Part shown: positions 8,896-16,746 of the stretch, piece by piece
Layout: each line of letters opens with the position of its first letter
Numbering within the stretch: position 1 is the first letter of the stretch
DNA from: Anaerolineae bacterium
Lineage (GTDB): Bacteria > Chloroflexota > Anaerolineae > Fen-1058
Assembly: GCA_036514635.1 (NCBI GenBank)
Contig: DATBWU010000164.1
Coordinates: 337 to 64,336, forward strand
Length of the DNA stretch: 64,000 nt
Reading direction: 5' to 3'
Program-made: the position numbers and the translations under genes
The notes under the pieces: generated by a model
Told to the model about the DNA's origin: nothing
Databases searched by the model: none
What the model saw: the letters and a program-made list of their open reading frames with translations, nothing else

Positions 8896-9750
8896 ATGGC
8901 TTCACGCTCAAGCAGTCGCCCGGCCGAGATATTTGGATATCCCATCGACAATCGTTCCGAGGAAGCACAGCGCGTGCGCACACAGCACGAGTGCCCGTTT
9001 GTAAATCAGGCTTGCATCAAAAAGAGCCGCCTGATCGATTACCCCTTCGGTGTCTGCTCAGCTGAGCATCAAGGCAGAATTAACACGCTCTGCCCACGGC
9101 GCTTTGAGGAACGAGGGTCGATTGAGGGGATACCGCGCGTCCTTGAGGATGTCGCCTTACACTATTTTGGCAGCTTCAACAATGTTATCCCCTTCTCGGA
9201 AGTGAAGCTTCCTAAAATCGGCTCGATAGACTATGTTCTGGTAAAACACAAGCCGATGAAGGCTGCGGTCGAAGACTTTGTGTCGGTAGAGTTTCAAGCA
9301 GATTCAACTACAGGCACCGGAGGGCTTGTACAGGGAATCAAGGACTTTGTCGCAGGTCAGGACATTGAGGAACGCCGCTATCCTTTTGGAATGAACACGT
9401 ATGACACGATCAAACGATCCGTCACGCAATTGCTCAATAAAGGCATGGCCTATGAAGCCTGGGGGATAAAAGGCTACTGGGTCATTCAAGAATACATCTA
9501 CGCCAACCTGGTCAACCGATACGGATTGAAGCCCGAAGGCTATTCCCCGGAACAGGCTTCACGGTTCGCACTCTACAACCTCGTGAGAAAGGGCGACCGT
9601 CTCAATCTGATGCTGAGTCGTTTTGTGTCAACTTCTGTGGACGAAGTGTACGAGGCCATGCGCCGTAATCGTGATCTGCCTAGCAAGGATAGGTTCGTGA
9701 ACGCGCTCAATACAAAGCTTCAGGCCAGACTGAGCATCCGATTCGATTAA
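8896..9750 (+). CDS. NotI-family type II restriction endonuclease (putative)
   Basis: The N-terminus AEIFGYP...ECPFVNQACIKK...GVCSAE...LCPRRFE mirrors the Cys4 metal cluster region of NotI as I recall it (AEFFGH...CPF...C.K...GVC...CPNR). IDYVLV...VEFQADS matches the NotI PD...E-x-Q core (LEIQT). The ATG directly abuts the methylase stop (TAAATG). Confidence 0.65.
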   Translation: MASRSSSRPAEIFGYPIDNRSEEAQRVRTQHECPFVNQACIKKSRLIDYPFGVCSAEHQGRINTLCPRRFEERGSIEGIPRVLEDVALHYFGSFNNVIPFSEVKLPKIGSIDYVLVKHKPMKAAVEDFVSVEFQADSTTGTGGLVQGIKDFVAGQDIEERRYPFGMNTYDTIKRSVTQLLNKGMAYEAWGIKGYWVIQEYIYANLVNRYGLKPEGYSPEQASRFALYNLVRKGDRLNLMLSRFVSTSVDEVYEAMRRNRDLPSKDRFVNALNTKLQARLSIRFD

Positions 9751-9787
9751 AGGATTGGAGTTCTCCAGGCACAGATCCCCCACGGAA

Positions 9788-10951
9788 TTATTGCGCGCGA
9801 TGGTACGCCGCCTGCGCCGCCGCAGCACCCAGGCCCATCTCGATCAGATAGCCGGCGTCTTTGAGCGCTGCTTCGATCGCCGCGACCGTCTGCCGAATCT
9901 CGGCGTCGCCGACGATGCCCATGTGTCCGACGCGGAAATACTTGCCGCGTAGAGCGGGATGAAGGCCGCCCGCGATCGCCACGCCGTGCTGCCCCACACT
10001 GCCGATGAGCTTGTCGTCCACGCCATCAGGATAGTAGACCGTGGTCAGGGTATCGGAAACCAGTTCGGATCGAACGGGAACCAGGCGCAGGCCGAGCGCC
10101 TGCATCGCGGCGCGCATTGCCGCACCCAGCCGCCGATGCCGCGCCCAGCGCATCTCCATCCCTTCTTTCAGCATCTGCTTCACCGACTCGTTCAACGCGA
10201 CGATCAGATTCGTCGCCGGTGTGGCGAAATACGCCGGCCTGCGCTCCTGGTACGCGCGCATGATCGGCAGCCACGCGCCCCAGTCGCAGTAGTACGATGC
10301 GACCGGCTGCTTGCGCGCCTTGAACGCCTCCAGCGCGCGAGGCCGCGCTACCACTAGCGCCAACCCGACGGGCACAGCCAGCGCTTTCTGTGACGCGGTC
10401 AGGCACAGGTCCACATCCCACTTCGCCATCTCGAACTCTTCACCGCCCAGCGCGCACACGCCGTCGACGATCGCCAGCGCGTTGGCGCGGCGGGCCAGCG
10501 CGGCCAGTTCCGGCACCGGCGCGAGGACGCCCGTCGACGTATCGACGTGGGTGATCGCCAGCGCTTTCGCGCCGGTTTTCAGCGCCGACTCAACCGCTTC
10601 CAGCGATGGGCAATCGCCCGCAGGGGCAGTGACTACGTCGACGCGCGCGCCGTGGCGCATCAGGACATCGACCATGCGCCGCGCGAAGTAGCCGGTGTCG
10701 ACGACGATCGCGCGGTCGCCCGGCTCGATCACATTCGCGACGGCCATCTCCATCGCCAGTGTGCCGGAACCGGCGATGACGAACGGCTGGCCGTCGGGCG
10801 CGCGGAACACCTGGCTCAGCGCGTCCAGGCATTCGCCGAAGATTTCGAGGAACGCCAGCGAGGTGTGGCCGAGCGGCGGCTGCGCCAGCGCCGACAACAC
10901 ACCTTCATCGACTTCGACGGGTCCGGGGATCATCAATAGAGGTCGAGACAT
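9788..10951 (-). CDS. class V aminotransferase (alanine-glyoxylate / serine-pyruvate aminotransferase family)
   Basis: MIPGPVEVDEGVL N-terminus and PLP-lysine motif TASQKALAVPVGLA. Starts 16 nt downstream of the lpd stop, so probably the same operon. Confidence 0.85.
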   Translation of the reverse strand: MSRPLLMIPGPVEVDEGVLSALAQPPLGHTSLAFLEIFGECLDALSQVFRAPDGQPFVIAGSGTLAMEMAVANVIEPGDRAIVVDTGYFARRMVDVLMRHGARVDVVTAPAGDCPSLEAVESALKTGAKALAITHVDTSTGVLAPVPELAALARRANALAIVDGVCALGGEEFEMAKWDVDLCLTASQKALAVPVGLALVVARPRALEAFKARKQPVASYYCDWGAWLPIMRAYQERRPAYFATPATNLIVALNESVKQMLKEGMEMRWARHRRLGAAMRAAMQALGLRLVPVRSELVSDTLTTVYYPDGVDDKLIGSVGQHGVAIAGGLHPALRGKYFRVGHMGIVGDAEIRQTVAAIEAALKDAGYLIEMGLGAAAAQAAYHRAQ

Positions 10952-10966
10952 GGTTCACTCCATCAT

Positions 10967-12370
10967 CTAAATGTGAATCGCCTGCCCCTCGACCGCGTGC
11001 GCGGCTTCCATCATCACCTCGCCCAGCGTCGGGTGCGCGTGCACTGAGCGCGCCACCTCGTTCGGCGTCAGTTCGGCGTTGCGCGCCAGCGCCCATTCGG
11101 GCAGCAACTCGGTGACTTCAGGCCCGATCATGTGTACGCCGAGAATCTCGCCGTACTTCGCATCGGCGATGACTTTGACGAAGCCGTAGTTCTCGCCGAG
11201 GCCGAGCGCCTTGCCGTTGGGCTGGAACGGGAACTTGCCGACCTTCAGCGTGTGGCCCTGCTCCTTAGCCTGCTTCTCGGTCAGACCCATCGACGCGATC
11301 TGCGGGACGCAGTAGGTGCAGCGTGGCAGCGCCAGGTAATCGAGGTCCGGCGGGTTGTGCCCGGCGATTGCCTCGGCGGCGACGATGCCCTGCGCCGACC
11401 CGACGTGGGCCAGCATCAACTTGCCGTTCACATCGCCGATGGCGTAGACATTCGGAACGTTGGTGCGATATTTGCCATCGACCACAATCGCCCGCCGCTC
11501 GACCTTGATGCCGAGCGTCTCCAGCCCGACGTTCTCGGTATTCGGCGTGGTGCCGATCGCGATCAGGGCTTTGTCGGCTTTGATCGTCTGCCCGCCGGCT
11601 TTCACTTCCACGCCACCATCGACCTTGCTGATCGATTCGACCTTCGTGCCGGTCATGATCTTGATGCCCATCTTGGTGAACGCTTTAGCGAGCTCGGCGC
11701 TGACCTCTTCATCCTCAAGCGGAGCGACGGTGGGCAGCATCTCGATGAGCGTGACTTCGGCTCCGTAAGCGCGGAAGACGTAGCTGAACTCCAGTCCGAT
11801 CGGCCCGGTTCCCACCACCGCGACCGACTTGGGCGCTTCGGTCAGCTCCAGCGCCTGCCGGTAGGTGATGATCGATTGCCCGTCGATCGGCACGCCGGGA
11901 ATCAGCGAAGCGCGCGCGCCGGCGGCGATGATGATGTTCTTGGCGTCGAGCACGCCGTCGAATTTCTGGCCGTTGACGGCGGGCGCATCCGGCGCGGACT
12001 TCACTTCGATCGTGTTAGGCGATTTGAGCGTGCCGTTGCCTTGATACACGTCGATCTTGTTCTTCTTCATCAAGAACTGCACGCCCTTCACCAGCCGATC
12101 ACTGACCTGCCGGCTGCGCTTTTGGGCCACGGCGTAATCGAGTTTCAGGTTGTCGAACGAGAAGCCGAACTCCTTGCCGCGATGCAGCAGTTCGGCGATC
12201 TCGGCATTGCGCAGCAGGGCCTTGCTGGGGATGCATCCCCAATTCAGGCAGATGCCGCCCATGTGCTCGCGCTCGACCACGGCGACCTTCAGTCCCAGTT
12301 GCGCCGCTCGGATGGCGGCGACGTAGCCGGCCGGCCCGCCGCCGATGACCGTCACATCATAGTTAGGCAT
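10967..12370 (-). CDS. lpdA: dihydrolipoyl dehydrogenase (E3)
   Basis: YDVTVIGGGPAGYVAA FAD motif, redox disulfide GGICLNWGCIPSK, and C-terminal HAHPTLGE. Confidence 0.95.
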   Translation of the reverse strand: MPNYDVTVIGGGPAGYVAAIRAAQLGLKVAVVEREHMGGICLNWGCIPSKALLRNAEIAELLHRGKEFGFSFDNLKLDYAVAQKRSRQVSDRLVKGVQFLMKKNKIDVYQGNGTLKSPNTIEVKSAPDAPAVNGQKFDGVLDAKNIIIAAGARASLIPGVPIDGQSIITYRQALELTEAPKSVAVVGTGPIGLEFSYVFRAYGAEVTLIEMLPTVAPLEDEEVSAELAKAFTKMGIKIMTGTKVESISKVDGGVEVKAGGQTIKADKALIAIGTTPNTENVGLETLGIKVERRAIVVDGKYRTNVPNVYAIGDVNGKLMLAHVGSAQGIVAAEAIAGHNPPDLDYLALPRCTYCVPQIASMGLTEKQAKEQGHTLKVGKFPFQPNGKALGLGENYGFVKVIADAKYGEILGVHMIGPEVTELLPEWALARNAELTPNEVARSVHAHPTLGEVMMEAAHAVEGQAIHI

Positions 12371-12394
12371 TCTATCTCCTAATCAGGAAGATCA

Positions 12395-12462
12395 TAAACC
12401 GCAGAGAGCGCAAAGAACGCAGAGCAAAATCATCTTTGCGCTCTCCGCGTCCTCTGCGGTTA
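12395..12462. repeat. palindromic word repeat of the AACCGC...GCGGTT family in the lpd-E2 spacer
   Basis: aaccgcagagagcgcaaagaacgcagagc ... ctttgcgctctccgcgtcctctgcggtt. Related copies lie at 16269-16338, 27383-27442, 40091-40201 and inside mutS (42761-42853). Confidence 0.7.
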
Positions 12463-12464
12463 AA

Positions 12465-13772
12465 TTATCCCCAGTTCTCCAGCGCGTGCTTGAGCGTCGC
12501 CATGAAGTTGTCCGCCGAGTTGCCGTCGAGGATGCGATGATCGAACGTCAGGCCGACGTACACCATCGGCTTGATCGCGATCGAATCGACGCCGTTCTGC
12601 GTCATCACGACGACACGCTTCTCGATCTTACCCACACCCAAGATGGCGCACTGCGGCTGGTTGATGATCGGCGTGGCGAACAGGCTGCCCGACGTGCCGT
12701 GATTGGTCAGGGTGAACGTGCCGCCCTGCACGTCGTCCGGCTTGAGCATCTTGCGCCGCGCGCGATCGGTCAGATCGCTCACCACGCGCGCCAGACCCAA
12801 CAGGTTCATCGAGTCGGCGTTCTTGATCACCGGCACGATCAGGCCCTCGTCGCCCAACGATACGGCGACGCCGATGTTGACCGGCCGGTGCAGAACGATG
12901 CCGCCGTCACTCCACGACGAGTTGACCATCGGGTGCTGCTTGAGCGCGGCGACGCTCGCCGCGACGAAATACGGCGAGAAAGTCAGGTTCGCGCCGTCGC
13001 GCTCGAAAGCGGCTTTGTTCGCGTTGCGATGCGCCGCCACGCGCGACAGATCGACCTCGAAGACGGTCGTCACGTGCGGGCTGATCTGCTTGGAGCGCAG
13101 CATGTGCTCGGCGATCGACTTGCGCATCGAAGAAAGTGCGACGGTCTCGCCAGGGAGGGCGGAAGGCGCAGGCGCAGGTGCGGGAGCCGGGGCGAGCCTG
13201 GCGAAGACCTCCTCGGTCGGGCGGAACAACTCGCCCAGGCCGGGCTGCTCCCAGGGCGCGAGTTCCTTCAACCCCGGCCCTGCCGGGAGAGACACGCCGC
13301 CTTTCTCGATATAAGCCAGGATGTCCTTTTTGGTGACGCGCCCGCCTTCGCCGGTGCCTTTGATCAGCGAGACATCGACGTTGTGCTCAGAGGCGATACG
13401 TGCCACGACCGGCGAGATGCGTTGCGCGACCGAGGGTTGGGCAACCGCAGCGGGAGCGGCGACGGCCGCCGTCATCGCGTGCGCCGGTTCGACGGCGTGC
13501 ACGTCGAACTTGCCGCCAAGCGGTGGTGTATCGCCCGGCTGGCCGATGTACGCGATCAACGTCCCTGCCTGCACGACATCGCCTTCATTGAAGTACAGTT
13601 TCAACAACGTGCCCTCGCCCGCCGCTGTGACTTCGGTCGTCACTTTATCGGTCTCGACTTCGAGGATCGGCTCGTACAGTTTGATCGGCTCGCCGACTGT
13701 CTTCAGCCACTTGCTGATCTTGCCCTCGACGATACTCTCGCCGAGTTGGGGCATGACGACGTTGGTTCCCAT
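12465..13772 (-). CDS. 2-oxoacid dehydrogenase E2 (dihydrolipoamide acyltransferase)
   Basis: Lipoyl motif LEVETDKVTTEV, APAPAPAP linker, peripheral-subunit binding region (SPVVARIASEHNVD), and catalytic DHRILDG. Confidence 0.9.
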   Translation of the reverse strand: MGTNVVMPQLGESIVEGKISKWLKTVGEPIKLYEPILEVETDKVTTEVTAAGEGTLLKLYFNEGDVVQAGTLIAYIGQPGDTPPLGGKFDVHAVEPAHAMTAAVAAPAAVAQPSVAQRISPVVARIASEHNVDVSLIKGTGEGGRVTKKDILAYIEKGGVSLPAGPGLKELAPWEQPGLGELFRPTEEVFARLAPAPAPAPAPSALPGETVALSSMRKSIAEHMLRSKQISPHVTTVFEVDLSRVAAHRNANKAAFERDGANLTFSPYFVAASVAALKQHPMVNSSWSDGGIVLHRPVNIGVAVSLGDEGLIVPVIKNADSMNLLGLARVVSDLTDRARRKMLKPDDVQGGTFTLTNHGTSGSLFATPIINQPQCAILGVGKIEKRVVVMTQNGVDSIAIKPMVYVGLTFDHRILDGNSADNFMATLKHALENWG

Positions 13773-13834
13773 CGATCTTCTCTCTCCCGCAAAACGTAAA
13801 GCGTAACGCTCTTAACGGGTTTCAATGAGGCATG

Positions 13835-13907
13835 TCATGCTGAGGAGCGAAGCGACGAAGCATCTCGCCAGTTTGCGGCGAGACCCTTCGCTTCGCTCAG
13901 GGTGACA
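13835..13907. repeat. palindromic repeat (gtcatgctgaggagcgaagcgacgaagc ... cttcgcttcgctcagggtgac) in the E2-E1b spacer
   Basis: Long imperfect inverted repeat read directly. A related element (cgacgaagcaat...attgcttcg) lies at 55314-55380. Confidence 0.6.
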
Positions 13908-13938
13908 AGCCACCTCCTTGAATCAGCCATAGAGTCAA

Positions 13939-13972
13939 GCGTAAAACGTAAGCGCGCCTTTACGTTTTACGC
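13939..13972. repeat. CGTAAAACG-type palindrome
   Basis: gcgtaaaacgtaa-gcgcgcc-tttacgttttacgc. The same word family occurs at 36797-36835 and 37959-38008. Confidence 0.7.
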
Positions 13973-13980
13973 ATCACGTT

Positions 13981-14982
13981 TTAGTAGGCTGCCAGCTTGC
14001 GCATCGCCTCTGCAATCTTCTGCGTGTTCGGCATGAACCAGTCCTGCAACGCGTGGCTGTACGGGACGCCGGGCACGTCGGGGCCGGCCAGCCGCATGAT
14101 CGGCGCGTCCATGTAGTGGAATGCTTCGTCGGCCAGAATCGCCGCGATCTCCGCGCCGTAGCCCAGGAACCGGTTGTCCTCGTAGACGATCAACGCTTTG
14201 CCGGTCTTCTTGAACGAGTCGAGCACCGTCTCTCTATCGAGCGGGTTGAGCGTGCGCAGATCGACCAACTCGACGCCGATGCCTTCTTTCGCCACTTCGT
14301 CGGCGGCCTGCCTGCAGTAGAAGTGCATGATGCCGTAGGCGTACACCGTGATGTCCGTGCCTTCGCGCGTGATGCTGGCCGTCCCGAGTGGAACGGTGTA
14401 ATCACCGGCGGGAATCTCACCCTTGATCAGGCGATAGCCTTTCTTGGGTTCGAGGAACAACACCGGGTTGTTGTCGCGGATGGCCGACTTGAGCAGGCCC
14501 TTCGCGTCTTTCGGATTCGACGGCACGACGACCTTGAGGCCTGGCACGTGCGCAAACGTGGCTTCGATCGACTGCGAGTGATACAGCCCGCCGCCGATGC
14601 CGCCGCCGTACGGCGTGCGAATGACCATCGGCACGCAGTACGCGCCGCCGGTGCGATACATCATGCGCGCGGCCTCGTTGACGATCTGGTTGTAGGCGGG
14701 ATGGATGAAATCGGCGAATTGAATTTCGCACACGGGGCGCATGCCGTTCATCGCCGCGCCGATGCCGATCGCGACGATCGACGACTCGGCCAGCGGCGAG
14801 TCGATGATACGGGTTGGGCCGTATTTGTCGAACAGACCCAGCGTCGCGCGGAACACGCCGCCGCGCGGGCCAACGTCCTCGCCGGTGATGAACACCGCCG
14901 GATCGCGCGCCAGTTCCTCGTCGAGCGCCTCGCGGATGCCTTCGATGAGAGTCTTCTCGGCCATGTGCATTTCCCGAACCAT
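13981..14982 (-). CDS. 2-oxoacid dehydrogenase E1 beta subunit
   Basis: Typical N-terminus MAEKTLIEGIREALDEEL and transketolase-like Pyr/C-terminal domains. The start may be the ATG at 14964 rather than 14982. Confidence 0.9.
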   Translation of the reverse strand: MVREMHMAEKTLIEGIREALDEELARDPAVFITGEDVGPRGGVFRATLGLFDKYGPTRIIDSPLAESSIVAIGIGAAMNGMRPVCEIQFADFIHPAYNQIVNEAARMMYRTGGAYCVPMVIRTPYGGGIGGGLYHSQSIEATFAHVPGLKVVVPSNPKDAKGLLKSAIRDNNPVLFLEPKKGYRLIKGEIPAGDYTVPLGTASITREGTDITVYAYGIMHFYCRQAADEVAKEGIGVELVDLRTLNPLDRETVLDSFKKTGKALIVYEDNRFLGYGAEIAAILADEAFHYMDAPIMRLAGPDVPGVPYSHALQDWFMPNTQKIAEAMRKLAAY

Positions 14983-14999
14983 TGCTGAGGTTTCAATTC

Positions 15000-15068
15000 A
15001 CGACGAATGACCAACGACGAATGACCAACTGCTGTCGTCCTTTGTCCTTCGTCGTTCGTCATTGGTCA
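15000..15068. repeat. palindromic word repeat (acgacgaatgaccaa x2 ... ttcgtcgttcgtcattggtca) in the E1a-E1b spacer
   Basis: Direct duplication of acgacgaatgaccaa, followed by its complement. The right arm overlaps the E1a stop codon. Confidence 0.7.
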
Positions 15069-16070
15069 GTCGCAAAACACCGGCCCTGCGCCCCATGCCA
15101 CCTCAGGGAGTGGCGCGCTCTCGGCGAAGCGCTGCGCCTCGTCGATTTCGGCCAGCGCGCGATCTTCGATCGCTTTCGCCTGCGCTTCGGCCAGCACGCC
15201 TTGATCGATGAGCAGGTGCCGGAACGGCGGAAGTGGGTCTTTCATTTTCAGCGTGGCCTTGTCTTCCGGCTTGCGATAGGTGGTGTCGTCGTCGTCCGAC
15301 GAGTGCGGCGTGAGCCGGGCCACGCGCACTTCCAGCAGCGTCGTCCCGCCGCCCGATCGCGCGAGGTCGATCGCTTCCTTCGCCGCGGCGTACGAGGCGA
15401 GCACGTCCAATCCATCGACCGTCACCCCGCGCACGCCGTAGGCCGCCGCGCGATCGGAGACGCGCTCGATCGCCATTTGCAGGTGCATCGGCACGGAGAT
15501 GGCGTACTCGTTGTTCTCGACGACGACGACGAGTGGCAGTGTGTGAACGCCGGCCCAGCACAGCGCCTCGTGAAAGTCGCCCTCGCTGGTCGAGCCTTCG
15601 CCCAGGCAGGTGACGACGACGCGGTCGCCGCCTTTGAGTTTTTCGGCCAGCGCCATGCCCGCCGCCTGCGGAACCTGCGTGGCGACCGGGCTGGACACGC
15701 TGAATAGGTTGCCGGGCTTATACGAGTAATGCTCCGGCATCTGTCGCCCGCCCGAACCGGGATCGTCCCGCCGGCCGTACACGCCGAGCAGGATGTCGCG
15801 CGGCGTCAGGCCCAGCGCAACGGCCATCGACATATCGCGGTAATACGGGTGCAGCAGGTCGTAGCCCCGGCGCATGGCGAACGCGACGCCGACTTGCGCC
15901 GCTTCGTGCCCCATGCCGGAAATGTGGAACGCGATCTTGCCCTGGCGGTGCAAAAGCCAGCAGCGCTCGTCGAGCTTGCGCGTGCGCAGCATGATGGTGA
16001 ACATCTCGACGAGCAGCTCTTTTGTGGGCGCGGCTGTGGTGTGTGCAAGCGTGGGTGTCACAACATCCAT
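15066..16070 (-). CDS. 2-oxoacid dehydrogenase E1 alpha subunit (TPP-dependent)
   Basis: TPP-binding region CLGEGSTSEGDFHEAL...VVVVENNEYAIS. The preferred start is the ATG at 16070, preceded by GGAGGAGG. The ORF-track extension to 16166 encodes a basic low-complexity tail. Confidence 0.9.
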   Translation of the reverse strand: MDVVTPTLAHTTAAPTKELLVEMFTIMLRTRKLDERCWLLHRQGKIAFHISGMGHEAAQVGVAFAMRRGYDLLHPYYRDMSMAVALGLTPRDILLGVYGRRDDPGSGGRQMPEHYSYKPGNLFSVSSPVATQVPQAAGMALAEKLKGGDRVVVTCLGEGSTSEGDFHEALCWAGVHTLPLVVVVENNEYAISVPMHLQMAIERVSDRAAAYGVRGVTVDGLDVLASYAAAKEAIDLARSGGGTTLLEVRVARLTPHSSDDDDTTYRKPEDKATLKMKDPLPPFRHLLIDQGVLAEAQAKAIEDRALAEIDEAQRFAESAPLPEVAWGAGPVFCD

Positions 16071-16268
16071 CGACGTCCTCCTCCGTGGCGGTGTGGAATT
16101 GCGTTTGGATGTCGGCTGCGCGGTTGGACGTGATTGAGTGAATGTCCGCTTGGCTGTGGTCTTCATCGGACTGCAAATGGAGTATACCGCAGGTCAATGG
16201 GAATGTCGATGAGGGCAACGGATACAGACCGAATAAACGAATGTGGGCGCGGCTTCCGGCTTCATTTT

Positions 16269-16338
16269 CACCGCCAAGACGCAAAGAGCGCGAAGGTTTT
16301 TCCTGGGTCTTCTTAGCGCACTTGGCGCCTTCGCGGTG
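16269..16338. repeat. AACCGC/GCGGTG-family palindromic word repeat
   Basis: caccgccaagacgcaaagagcgcgaagg ... cttagcgcacttggcgccttcgcggtg. Confidence 0.6.
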
Positions 16339-16364
16339 CAAATCCGGGGTTTCTCAGTGGACTC

Positions 16365-16746
16365 CTAGATCAGCGCCGGCTCGCCGCTGCCGACGACGTA
16401 CCCCAGACGCCGCAGATCGTTCACAAAGCCGGCCTGCGCGGCGGCTTGATTGAAGATCACGTACAGCATCTGCTGTTTCTCGCTGGCGTCTTTGTAGTAG
16501 AAGCGCACCGCTATGCGGCAGGATAAAACGCGGTGCCCGACACGCTTATGAAAGGGTCCTGTTCCCCTCTGTTGCTCTGCAACGAAAGGCGGGGACAAGG
16601 GCGAGGTTCTGCATGATGGCGAGTTTCGCTTGGGCGCAGTAGACGTCCACGATGAATCGACCGACGGCGTGCTGCCTGCGAAATTGCGCGCCATTCAGTT
16701 GCCCATCCCGAATGCGCGCCCAGAGTTTCCTTTCGGCGGAGGTCAT
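16365..16746 (-). pseudogene. DUF559 (Vsr-like endonuclease domain) gene, frameshifted
   Basis: MTSAERKLWARIRDGQLNGAQFRRQHAVGRFIVDVYCAQAKLAI matches the DUF559 N-terminal half, then the frame breaks. A second frame continues to 16365. The ATG overlaps the stop of the Fe-S gene (ATGA at 16746..16743). Confidence 0.5.

Noticed and set aside
11132-13799. Long plus-strand ORFs (11132-12382, 416 aa; 12486-13799, 437 aa) antisense to lpd and E2
   Set aside because: The translations are Arg/Asp/His/Gly-rich and have no motifs, while the opposite strand encodes unmistakable Lpd and E2. This is the typical shadow-ORF artefact of high-G+C DNA.
16071-16166. N-terminal extension of E1 alpha (MKTTAKRTFTQSRPTAQPTSKRNSTPPRRRTS)
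   Set aside because: It is basic and low-complexity. The internal ATG at 16070 has a strong GGAGGAGG Shine-Dalgarno.
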